Positions 12,917 to 20,401 of a DNA stretch of 20,401 nucleotides are shown piece by piece. The position numbers were made by a program, and so were the translations under genes. This DNA comes from a virus (lineage: Duplodnaviria > Heunggongvirae > Uroviricota > Caudoviricetes). Where the stretch lies: the IMG/VR virus record IMGVR_UViG_3300046820_000635; one strand, given 5' to 3'. Under the pieces are notes generated by a model that was not told the origin of the DNA, ran no database searches, and saw nothing but the letters and a program-made list of their open reading frames with translations. Positions within the stretch are counted from its first letter, which is position 1, and each line of letters opens with the position of its first letter.

Positions 12917-12927
12917 GGCAGTATACT
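12899..12927 (+). promoter_or_regulatory. Sigma70-type promoter
   Basis: TTGACA-17 nt-TATACT. Confidence 0.8.
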
Positions 12928-12951
12928 ATAAGCATTGCTAAGGAGTATTGT

Positions 12952-13155
12952 ATGCCAAGAGTAGAACTGAAGACAATCTATCGTGTAGACATCATTGAAA
13001 GCGAACGCGGTTGGGGTCAAAAGATTGACGAAACTATCTACTTCGACAACGAAGCTGAAGCCCGCACCTATGCTATCAACTACAACAACAAATACAATAC
13101 TGCTACCGAAGTACCGGACTGGTATATGCGAGCAGAATATGTAGGAAAGGTCTAA
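12952..13155 (+). CDS. Hypothetical protein, 67 aa (start revised to 12952)
   Basis: AAGGAG Shine-Dalgarno downstream of the promoter; TAATG coupling. Confidence 0.75.
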   Translation: MPRVELKTIYRVDIIESERGWGQKIDETIYFDNEAEARTYAINYNNKYNTATEVPDWYMRAEYVGKV

Positions 13156-13535
13156 TGATGGATAATCAAGCAATGGACGAAGTTATCTTTGATGGCATTC
13201 GTTTTCTTGAAAGTATCACACGACACTATGGTTCCGAAAAAGGTATCGAAGTGTGGGAAAAGATGGGCGAAGCATTTGGTGACGAAATCAAAGGCAAAGT
13301 TTTCTTTAGTATGCTTACTGGTGAGTCCAGCAACCGAGTGCGTATTCAAAAGGGTACCTGCAACCAAGCGGTTGCTGCTATCAAAGCAATTCGCATTGGC
13401 ACAGGACTTGGACTTAAAGACGCCAAAGATGCTTGGGATCTGAGCGGTATGAAAACTGTAACATTGGATGTAGATCACGAAGAAAAGCGTGAAATGGTTA
13501 ATACATTACGAAGTCTAGGAATGATTATATCATGA
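13155..13535 (+). CDS. Protein with a ribosomal protein bL12 (L7/L12) C-terminal-domain-like region
   Basis: VAAIKAIRIGTGLGLKDAKDAWD...MVNTLRSLG resembles the bL12 sequence [24 protein letters not shown]...LKKALEEAG. The N-terminal ~60 aa are unrelated. Confidence 0.7.
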   Translation: MMDNQAMDEVIFDGIRFLESITRHYGSEKGIEVWEKMGEAFGDEIKGKVFFSMLTGESSNRVRIQKGTCNQAVAAIKAIRIGTGLGLKDAKDAWDLSGMKTVTLDVDHEEKREMVNTLRSLGMIIS

Positions 13536-13840
13536 GTATCGAATACACTTTCATCGGCTGGTGCCGAGACGAGGAAGCTAACGCTGACAAAGTCTGGGGC
13601 ATTATGAAACTTACAGGCGATAACTGGCGTGGCACTTATGTTAGCTTTTGGGGTCGCCGTGGCAAAAAGTTACAGACTAAGATGCACCGAGACACCTACG
13701 AATGGGATGTTGAAAAACTAGCCGATTCTAAAGAAAGAAAAGGTTACAAAAAAATCAAACGTGTAGACCTTGACTCTGTGTATCCAGAGTTTCAGGCAGA
13801 CTTGGAAAAGACTGCGTTTTGGTCTATGTTGAAAGTTTAA
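13532..13840 (+). CDS. WGR-domain-like protein
   Basis: ADKVWGI...YVSFWGRRGKKLQ...KERKGYK. Confidence 0.6.
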   Translation: MSIEYTFIGWCRDEEANADKVWGIMKLTGDNWRGTYVSFWGRRGKKLQTKMHRDTYEWDVEKLADSKERKGYKKIKRVDLDSVYPEFQADLEKTAFWSMLKV

Positions 13841-13841
13841 T

Positions 13842-14141
13842 ATGAGTTACTACAACGACATTCCAGAACACACAAAAGAAGCATTGATGAACTATTTCAA
13901 TCATTGCTGGGAACCTGGCAGCTTTTTGATGTCGGTATTAACTAATGATTTATATGGTGCTGCCAGTAGAGCAGATCATATTAATCGTCCGGAGCTTGCT
14001 AGAATTACCATGTGGGTTATTAACGAAGCTCCTTACGGTAGCTATGGTGATCACGAAACAGTTAAGGATTGGCTCAATCGCGGACATCATCAACAAAGAT
14101 ACGAGAAAGAACTGCTCGTAAAGATTTTGAGTACAGAATAA
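13842..14141 (+). CDS. Hypothetical protein, 99 aa
   Basis: Operon packing; PGSFLMSVLTNDL motif. Confidence 0.75.
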   Translation: MSYYNDIPEHTKEALMNYFNHCWEPGSFLMSVLTNDLYGAASRADHINRPELARITMWVINEAPYGSYGDHETVKDWLNRGHHQQRYEKELLVKILSTE

Positions 14142-14218
14142 TGGAACAAGATCGAGAAAAACTTCGTGCTACAATGAGCAAAGAAGAATTAAAAATTCTT
14201 GGAATTAGGGTAAAATGA
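14141..14218 (+). CDS. Small ORF, 25 aa (MEQDREKLRATMSKEELKILGIRVK)
   Basis: TAATG and ATGA couplings fill the gap exactly. Confidence 0.5.
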   Translation: MEQDREKLRATMSKEELKILGIRVK

Positions 14219-14685
14219 CAACACCAAAATTGTATATGTTGATCGGCGTACCAGGTAGCGGCAAAAGCACCTGGATCGCTAATCAGGATTGGACCAAGGA
14301 TATTCCTATTGTTAGCAGCGACAAGTTTATCGACGAACACGCTGCTAAAGAAGGAAAGACCTATAACGAAGTTTTTGCAGACTACGTTAAGATTGCCACA
14401 CAATTGATGGATAACCAAGTATTGATTTGCAAGGCAAATAACACTGACATCATTTGGGATCAAACTAACACCAGCGTCAAGAGCCGTAAGGCAAAGTTAG
14501 ACAAGCTGGAAGGTTACGAAAAGATTGCTGTGGTATTCCGTACTCCTGAGAAAGAAGAACTGGACAAGCGATTGGCTCAACGTGTAGGAAAGCATATTCC
14601 TGCAAACGTCATGGAGTCAATGATCGCTAACTTGCAAGAGCCAACTGAAGAAGAAGGCTTTAAAGAAATCTGGTACGCATCTTGA
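14215..14685 (+). CDS. P-loop kinase (AAA_33 / polynucleotide-kinase-like)
   Basis: LIGVPGSGKSTW, SSDK, IIWDQTNTS...R, LDKRLAQR. Confidence 0.88.
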   Translation: MTTPKLYMLIGVPGSGKSTWIANQDWTKDIPIVSSDKFIDEHAAKEGKTYNEVFADYVKIATQLMDNQVLICKANNTDIIWDQTNTSVKSRKAKLDKLEGYEKIAVVFRTPEKEELDKRLAQRVGKHIPANVMESMIANLQEPTEEEGFKEIWYAS

Positions 14686-14710
14686 CATAGATACAATTTG
14701 GTGTTATACT
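14682..14710 (+). promoter_or_regulatory. Sigma70-type promoter
   Basis: TTGACA-17 nt-TATACT. Confidence 0.8.
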
Positions 14711-14719
14711 AGGAATATT

Positions 14720-15265
14720 ATGAAAACTTATATAACATCAGATTTACATTTCGGACACAAGAACATCATGAAGTTCTGTCCAGTTACACGAGCACGATTT
14801 CGTGATGACGTTTCCTACATGAATGGTATGATGATTAAGGAATGGAACGATTTGATCGAACCAGATGACTTAGTCTATATCTTAGGAGATGTAGCATTTA
14901 TGTCTGGCAGTGATGCTGGACGTATTATGCACGGCTTAAATGGTACTAAGATTTTAATCGAGGGTAACCATGATCGCAAGACTTTAATGGATGCAACATT
15001 CCGTAGTGCGTTTAAGGAAGTTCACTCTTACTTAAACATTACTTACGATGGTCACAAGATTGCCATGTTCCATTATCCTATTGCAGAATGGGATCAGATG
15101 CACAGAGGTGCATTACATTTCTACGGTCACTTACACGGTGGCGATAGTGGCTTGGAGAAATACCGTTGCCGCGATGTAGGGATGGACGCTACAGGAATGA
15201 TTGCTGTCACATTAGACTGGGCAATCGCTAATGTTAAAAACAATGAGATTAAAGGACATCACTAA
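14720..15265 (+). CDS. Calcineurin-like metallophosphoesterase
   Basis: SDLHFGH, LGD, GNHD, FHYP and GHLH motifs. Confidence 0.92.
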   Translation: MKTYITSDLHFGHKNIMKFCPVTRARFRDDVSYMNGMMIKEWNDLIEPDDLVYILGDVAFMSGSDAGRIMHGLNGTKILIEGNHDRKTLMDATFRSAFKEVHSYLNITYDGHKIAMFHYPIAEWDQMHRGALHFYGHLHGGDSGLEKYRCRDVGMDATGMIAVTLDWAIANVKNNEIKGHH

Positions 15266-15768
15266 TGGAACTAGTTGAAAAAGCCAGAGTATTTGCAACT
15301 GCGGCACATGCCTCGGCCGCTCAACTACGCAAGTACACCAACGAACCGTACATCGTACATCCAAGAGAGGTAGCACGTATTATAGGAACAGTTCCTCATT
15401 CTTACGAAATGTTAGCGGCTGCTTGGTTACACGATGTTGTTGAAGATACCGGTGTTACCTTAGAAGTTATCCGAGACGAGTTTGGCAATGATGTTGCTAC
15501 ATTAGTTGGATGGTTAACTGATGTTAGTCGTCCTGAACAAGGTAATCGCGCAACACGAAAAGCAATCGATCGAGCACATACTGCAATGGCTCCTGCTGAT
15601 GCGCAAACTATTAAGTTAGCTGATTTAATCTCCAACTGTACTAGCATTGTTGAACATGATTCAACATTTGCTAAGACCTACTTGGAAGAGAAGAGATTAT
15701 TGCTTGAGGTTTTAACCAAAGGCGATCGCGAACTTTGGAAACATGCTAATGAGATTGTGAGCAAATAA
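15265..15768 (+). CDS. HD-domain hydrolase (SpoT/Mesh1-like)
   Basis: RKYTNEPYIVHP...AAWLHDVVEDT...VGWLTD...IKLADLISN. Confidence 0.88.
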   Translation: MELVEKARVFATAAHASAAQLRKYTNEPYIVHPREVARIIGTVPHSYEMLAAAWLHDVVEDTGVTLEVIRDEFGNDVATLVGWLTDVSRPEQGNRATRKAIDRAHTAMAPADAQTIKLADLISNCTSIVEHDSTFAKTYLEEKRLLLEVLTKGDRELWKHANEIVSK

Positions 15769-16673
15769 TGTTTAAGGATGAATTGCAAGAGTATGTGCAA
15801 ACTAGTAACCTAGTCAACATGAAAGAGTGTGGCGATGGTATCTATGTGCTAAAGTACAAGAAGAAGGTGTTCTACGATAACTTGTGGAACGAATACATTG
15901 CAGAATGTCGTGGTTCTATTGTGGACAAGGATTTCAACCTAGTGTCGTATCCATTCACAAAGATCTACAACTATGGTATCGAAAAGGAAGCACCAGTGCT
16001 AGCCAACGATACTCCAGTTACAGCCTTCCGTAAGGTCAACGGCTTTATGGTTGCCTGTACTTGGCACAACGGCGATGTACTAGTTTCTACAACTGGTAGC
16101 ACAGACAGCGACTATGTTGCTATGGCCAAGGAAATGATGTTGACTCATATGCCATGGGCAGATTGGCAACTTGGATTTACTAAGACAGACATGGATGGTA
16201 TGACTGTGATGTTTGAGTGCGTTCACCCAAATGATCCACACATCATTCCAGAAGTTCCAGGCATGTATGTTTTAGGCTATCGTGAAAACTCTTGGGGTAG
16301 CAAGGTTGGGCACGACAAGGACACACTATGGCTCTTGGGCAAAGTGTTTAACTGTCATGTTCCAGAAGTCATAGAAACTACTGTGGGCAACCTAGTAGAG
16401 GCTACTAAGAATGTTCGTCACGAAGGTTATGTATTCTACACAGACGATGGTGTGAGTGCTAAGATTAAGAGCCCTTACTACTTGACTTCAAAGTGGGTTG
16501 CTCGCAATCCACGTACAGATAAGTTAGTAGACTTGAACAAGGACATCAAGCATAATCTAGATGAAGAGTATTATTCACTCGTGGACGCGATTCGTGAAAA
16601 CATTGTGGAGTATACAGCTATGGATGAACAGGCTCGTTTGGCTTGGGTGCGCAACTTTCTGGAGTCGGCCTAA
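15768..16673 (+). CDS. RNA ligase, T4 Rnl1-like
   Basis: PFTKIYNYG, RKVNGFM (motif I KxNG), TTGS, MFECV, EGYV and KIKS. Confidence 0.85.
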   Translation: MFKDELQEYVQTSNLVNMKECGDGIYVLKYKKKVFYDNLWNEYIAECRGSIVDKDFNLVSYPFTKIYNYGIEKEAPVLANDTPVTAFRKVNGFMVACTWHNGDVLVSTTGSTDSDYVAMAKEMMLTHMPWADWQLGFTKTDMDGMTVMFECVHPNDPHIIPEVPGMYVLGYRENSWGSKVGHDKDTLWLLGKVFNCHVPEVIETTVGNLVEATKNVRHEGYVFYTDDGVSAKIKSPYYLTSKWVARNPRTDKLVDLNKDIKHNLDEEYYSLVDAIRENIVEYTAMDEQARLAWVRNFLESA

Positions 16674-16680
16674 GGATGAA

Positions 16681-16893
16681 ATGTTTGACAGCGAAGTAAG
16701 CGCAGGCCCAATAAGTCGTCCTCCCAAGGGCGATTGGGAAAAGTGGTTTGCATGGTATCCTGTGCAGGTAAAAGGCAAACATAGATGGCTAACTAGCATA
16801 TATCGTAGAGTAGGCATGTACCGTGAAGATATGAATATATACGTGGGCTACGAATATGGCGATTTATTTGATGTGCTCAAGGACGAATCATGA
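16681..16893 (+). CDS. Hypothetical protein, 70 aa (start revised to 16681)
   Basis: AAGGA Shine-Dalgarno; WEKWFAWYPV motif. Confidence 0.7.
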   Translation: MFDSEVSAGPISRPPKGDWEKWFAWYPVQVKGKHRWLTSIYRRVGMYREDMNIYVGYEYGDLFDVLKDES

Positions 16894-17006
16894 GTTATAT
16901 TTCAAATAAAGCCGGAACAATTCAGTTTCCTTACGAACCAGGACTGCTAGAGTGGTTGAACGAAAACTATCCTTATAGTAAATATTATTTGGTAAATTTA
17001 GAATGA
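16890..17006 (+). CDS. Small ORF, 38 aa (MSYISNKAGTIQFPYEPGLLEWL...)
   Basis: ATGA couplings at both ends. Confidence 0.6.
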   Translation: MSYISNKAGTIQFPYEPGLLEWLNENYPYSKYYLVNLE

Positions 17007-17401
17007 AGATCGGAGTCACAGGTACTAGAGAAGGTGCAAATGATAGACAACTTGAAGCTATAATTACTTTCATGGAATCGTTAGGATCAGGACACGAACT
17101 CCATCATGGGGACTGTTCTGGCGTTGATGTAGAAGTAGCACAGGTTGCCAAAGAGTTAGGATGGCGTATCGTTTGTCACCCTCCTAAAACAACAGAAACA
17201 CAAGGATACTTTGGTGGAGATGAAATACGCCAACCACTAGGGTATCTGCAACGTGATCGCAATATTGTCGACGAGACAGAAATGTTGATAGTAGTTCCTT
17301 TGCAAAATCAATGGCAATCTAGAGGCGGTACTTGGTATACACACGATTATGCTGTGAAAAAAGGTAAACCTGTGAAAATATTTTATCCAGGAGTTAGTTA
17401 A
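17003..17401 (+). CDS. SLOG-superfamily (DprA/YspA/LOG-like) nucleotide-binding protein
   Basis: IGVTGTR...HHGDCSGVD...QRDRNIVD...GGTWYT...KGKPV. Confidence 0.75.
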   Translation: MKIGVTGTREGANDRQLEAIITFMESLGSGHELHHGDCSGVDVEVAQVAKELGWRIVCHPPKTTETQGYFGGDEIRQPLGYLQRDRNIVDETEMLIVVPLQNQWQSRGGTWYTHDYAVKKGKPVKIFYPGVS

Positions 17402-17418
17402 AATTATAGAGGTATTAA

Positions 17419-17628
17419 ATGGACGAAAGCAATCTGCCAGTGAGCGAACAAAGTCTAGTATTTCGATTAAGAAAAAGAGCCGAAATACGTAGACAGATCC
17501 CCGGACGTAAAAGTGTAGAAGAGGGAAAAAACGATAGGATCGCAGACCTTTTAGAAGAAGCAGCTAGAGAAATTGAATCGCTTGTTCGAGAAAAGAATGA
17601 TCTACAGGATCTGTTAAAATCAAAATAA
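17419..17628 (+). CDS. Hypothetical protein, 69 aa
   Basis: GAGG Shine-Dalgarno; last gene before the terminator. Confidence 0.75.
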   Translation: MDESNLPVSEQSLVFRLRKRAEIRRQIPGRKSVEEGKNDRIADLLEEAAREIESLVREKNDLQDLLKSK

Positions 17629-17636
17629 CAGCATTT

Positions 17637-17661
17637 AATAGGGCCTCCGGGCCCTATTTTT
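17637..17661 (+). terminator. Rho-independent terminator
   Basis: AATAGGGCC-TCCG-GGCCCTATT-TTT. Confidence 0.85.
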
Positions 17662-17689
17662 ACGATTATAGACTTTGATTCCAAAGACA

Positions 17690-17695
17690 TAAATA
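17690..17695 (+). promoter_or_regulatory. Candidate late-promoter box (CA)TAAATA
   Basis: Lies between the terminator and the structural gene; T4-late-like. Confidence 0.55.
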
Positions 17696-17728
17696 TATGA
17701 GCTAGGAATATTCCAGGAGTTTATAGTC

Positions 17729-19156
17729 ATGCCTTTACAGATAAGAAGAGGATTTCAGTCAGAATTAGATCTCATTACACCAGGGGATGGTGAGATCATA
17801 TATGTTAAACCGTCAGGTTCTGCAGGGCAAAAGCTCTACATTGGTGACGGTGTAACTCCTGGTAATGAGTTAGCACCGGTTACAGGATTTGCAGAAGCAG
17901 ATTCTAAAGATGCAACAGGTGAAGTATTCACAGGTGGAACACATTCTGGAATATCATTTGCCTATAATAGTTCTACAAAAACTATCAACGCTACTGTTAA
18001 CATCGAAAACTATAACGGCGTATTTGTAGCAGATGGATTTAAAGGTTCTTTATTCGCAGATAACTCAACACTGTTAGTTGATGCTGTAGGTGGATTTATT
18101 CCAGCATCGGTTGTACAAGGTACATTCACAGGAAATGTTACTGGTAATGTCACCGGTAATGTCACTGGAGATTTATCAGGAAATGCAACTACTGCAACAA
18201 ATGCCAGCAACGCATACACGGTTTCTTTAACAGCTACAAACAGCACAGCAGCAGACCACTTCTTAACATTTGTAGATACTGCAACTGGCAACGAAGATGT
18301 TAGAACTGCAACTGGATTAACATTTAATCCTTCTACAAATACACTTTCAACTACAACATTCTCCGGAGATCTCGAGGGTAGCGTTACTGGAAATATCTAT
18401 ACAAACTTGCTAACCAGCGCTGATTCTTCTGAAGTCTTGGTGGGCGCACAGTTACATACTCTATCAAACTTGTTAGTTGATGAAGATATCATTAATAGCG
18501 GAAGATTTCTTGGACAATATGTAGGTGCTACAACAATCAGTACTGGACAGATTACCAGTTCAGATGATCTTTCTATTGCTCCTGCAGGTATTACTTTCTT
18601 GGGTAGTTATGCCGAAGGGAGAAACGGTACTCTGTATATTACTCAAAGTATCTACACTAATACGTTCGGAAACGGATTTACCTTTGCTCAGCACCATAAC
18701 ACTGCTGACGCTGTAAACTTTAACTTCTATAGAACAAGAGGAACCCCAGTTGCTCCAACAACGGTTCAAAACTTAGACGATATTATTGACATTGGTTTTT
18801 GGGCATGGGACGGATCAACTGTTGCTGCTGCCGGTAGTATTACTGCATCTGTAGACGGAACTCCAACTACTGGAAACGTTCCTACTAAGATTAGATTTGC
18901 TACAAATAACGGAACTTCTACGGCCTATAGAGGTGAAGTTGCTAAAGACGGATCATTGAAGTTTGATGCACTGTCTGCATATACTGCTAGCACACCAGTA
19001 TCCATTAACTCAATGTTAAAACTACCTTCTTATGCAAGTGAATCTGCTGCTAGTACCGCAGTTGGCGGATCACTAGCAGATGGTATGATGTATTATGACA
19101 CTGGCGCAGCTAGAGTAAAAGTTAGATCATCAGGTGCTTGGATAGCATTATGGTAA
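17729..19156 (+). CDS. Tail-fibre-like virion protein
   Basis: N-terminal LQIRRG...GEIIY...LYIGDG module typical of phage fibre/Mtd-like N-termini. G/T/N-rich body with TGNV repeats; AGGAG Shine-Dalgarno. Confidence 0.75.
   Translation: MPLQIRRGFQSELDLITPGDGEIIYVKPSGSAGQKLYIGDGVTPGNELAPVTGFAEADSKDATGEVFTGGTHSGISFAYNSSTKTINATVNIENYNGVFVADGFKGSLFADNSTLLVDAVGGFIPASVVQGTFTGNVTGNVTGNVTGDLSGNATTATNASNAYTVSLTATNSTAADHFLTFVDTATGNEDVRTATGLTFNPSTNTLSTTTFSGDLEGSVTGNIYTNLLTSADSSEVLVGAQLHTLSNLLVDEDIINSGRFLGQYVGATTISTGQITSSDDLSIAPAGITFLGSYAEGRNGTLYITQSIYTNTFGNGFTFAQHHNTADAVNFNFYRTRGTPVAPTTVQNLDDIIDIGFWAWDGSTVAAAGSITASVDGTPTTGNVPTKIRFATNNGTSTAYRGEVAKDGSLKFDALSAYTASTPVSINSMLKLPSYASESAASTAVGGSLADGMMYYDTGAARVKVRSSGAWIALW
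18128..18187 (+). repeat. 12-bp coding tandem repeat (TGNV x3, then TGDL and SGNA)
   Basis: ACAGGAAATGTT ACTGGTAATGTC ACCGGTAATGTC ACTGGAGATTTA TCAGGAAATGCA. Confidence 0.8.
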
Positions 19157-19168
19157 TATGTTTATAAC

Positions 19169-19197
19169 AATAGGGTCCTTAGGGGCCCTATTTTTTT
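19169..19197 (+). terminator. Rho-independent terminator
   Basis: AATAGGGTCC-TTAG-GGGCCCTATT-TTTTT. Confidence 0.88.
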
Positions 19198-19217
19198 GAC
19201 TTAAAATATTCAACGAT

Positions 19218-19223
19218 TAAATA
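19218..19223 (+). promoter_or_regulatory. Candidate late-promoter box TAAATA
   Basis: 4 nt before the ATG at 19228, the same spacing as at 7297. Confidence 0.45.
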
Positions 19224-19227
19224 ATCG

Positions 19228-19788
19228 ATGAAACTTCTATACCTTCCGATTGACATTGATCTGTCAGGCCTATCATTTACAAGATCAGATAATCTAGAAA
19301 AAGTTCCTGTGCAACTATATCAACCAAAATGGTGGGACGCTGCAATCTTAAATAGCGAATCTATTGAAAAAAATAATCTTCTATCAATTGTGAACCAACT
19401 TCCGTATGACAGGATCACATTGATCACACATAAGTTTCAAAATGAACCCGTAGGACCTCACTTTGATGTTTACCCAGGTATGCGTATACCCGTTGACGAA
19501 CAAGAGAACATTAAAGAAAACGAACCATGTGGATACCGTATTGTTTTAAAAGGCAGTACCAATGTTCTTAAAATACACAATGGTAAAGAATGGCTCATTC
19601 CAAAAGTTCCGGCATCTCCTTGCTGCTATCTCATAAACTCAACTGCTCTTAAACACCAGGTACTAGACGATCCGGGAAGAGAAATACTTTATCTTAGAGG
19701 TATTATCAACAAAGAAAAGAATCAACAGCTGATAGAACGTAGTCTAAAAACCTACGGAGACTATGCTGTGTATCAAGAAACTCAATGA
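19228..19788 (+). CDS. 2OG-Fe(II)/cupin-like oxygenase
   Basis: VGPHFD (HxD)...CGYRIVL...YLINSTALKHQV. Confidence 0.6.
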   Translation: MKLLYLPIDIDLSGLSFTRSDNLEKVPVQLYQPKWWDAAILNSESIEKNNLLSIVNQLPYDRITLITHKFQNEPVGPHFDVYPGMRIPVDEQENIKENEPCGYRIVLKGSTNVLKIHNGKEWLIPKVPASPCCYLINSTALKHQVLDDPGREILYLRGIINKEKNQQLIERSLKTYGDYAVYQETQ

Positions 19789-20372
19789 GTATGCTGCAAG
19801 TTTGCAACAACCTTAGCAACGTTTGAAGAGTTGAAAGGCACGTTTAATATTAAGTGTATACTGTTATCAACCCAAGAAATAGTTCTATGGGTTTTTCGTG
19901 TATTGACATAATATACTCTACCCGGCTCTATGCTTAGTTTCTTATCTTCCATTAGCCAATCATAATCTAATGGTCCGCAGTTATTTAGAAACACAATAAG
20001 TCTGAAGACATCTCTAGGCATACTTGGATGATCTCTATGAGGAACAAAGTATCCTCCAGTATCTGACCTAACTAGAAATGTTCTTCCTAATGGACTCCAT
20101 GAATCTAAAAATCCCGAAAGACTATGACATGAATGATAGAGATCTGTTTTTTGATCAAACTCTAATTCACTAAGACGGCGACCGGCTGCATAACTAGCTT
20201 GGGCCAGGCTAGGAACATCTGTGTAAGTCTTGCCTGGTAGATTGGTAAGTGTTAGGCCTTTTCTGTTGTTGGGTCGATCGGTTCTAGGCAAATAATCAAC
20301 CCAATCGTTTTGAAAAGATGATATCTCATTCATAAACTGATTAACATCTACCTTGATGTTTAGCGGGACCAC
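19782..20372 (-). CDS. Aspartyl/asparaginyl beta-hydroxylase-like 2OG-Fe(II) oxygenase
   Basis: GGYFVPHRDH...RLIVFL...GRVYYVNTRKTHRT...IHLILN; AGGTG Shine-Dalgarno. Confidence 0.75.
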   Translation of the reverse strand: MVPLNIKVDVNQFMNEISSFQNDWVDYLPRTDRPNNRKGLTLTNLPGKTYTDVPSLAQASYAAGRRLSELEFDQKTDLYHSCHSLSGFLDSWSPLGRTFLVRSDTGGYFVPHRDHPSMPRDVFRLIVFLNNCGPLDYDWLMEDKKLSIEPGRVYYVNTRKTHRTISWVDNSIHLILNVPFNSSNVAKVVANLQHTH

Positions 20373-20401
20373 ATCACCTAAGTTACTTAATACTAACTCA
20401 T

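Noticed and set aside
4490-18769. Numerous minus-strand and alternative-frame ORFs (e.g. 4490-5113, 12790-13173, 13152-13478, 14074-14463, 18010-18291)
   Set aside because: They are shadows of well-supported, tightly coupled + strand genes and have no motifs or RBS.
7810-19788. Genome-wide UGA-to-Trp recoding (genetic code 4)
   Set aside because: Many genes end in TGA with the next gene starting in an ATGA/TGATG overlap, Trp is encoded by TGG throughout, and no TCA-anticodon tRNA is in the window. Only the RF gene has an internal TGA.
1-20401. CRISPR array, integrase/transposase or rRNA
   Set aside because: No regularly spaced direct repeats, recombinase motifs or rRNA-like sequence were seen.

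Overview
This window is part of a large tailed-phage genome. There are no host core genes, it is almost entirely + strand, it has host-type sigma70 promoters plus a recurring T4-late-like TAAATA box, and it encodes a tail-fibre-like gene. Bases 1-7300 are an RNA island: 19 stand-alone tRNA genes, one truncated tRNA-like 3' end, an ~890-nt GOLLD-like RNA with an embedded degenerate tRNA-Lys, and at least seven further structured RNAs between tRNAs, five of them closed by 16-20 bp terminal stems. HNH, PD-(D/E)XK, 2OG-Fe(II) oxygenase, CDGSH-like and RNA polymerase omega genes are interleaved. A translation module follows: PTH2, an RF1-type release factor with an in-frame UGA at a conserved Trp position, and IF-1. 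Next are small hypothetical genes, a Cys-type phosphatase, a bL12 C-terminal-domain protein and a WGR-like protein. An RNA end-healing and sealing cluster follows (P-loop kinase, metallophosphoesterase, HD hydrolase, Rnl1-like ligase), then a SLOG protein, the tail-fibre-like gene and two convergent oxygenases. All family assignments come from motif recognition by eye; no searches or folding programs were run.
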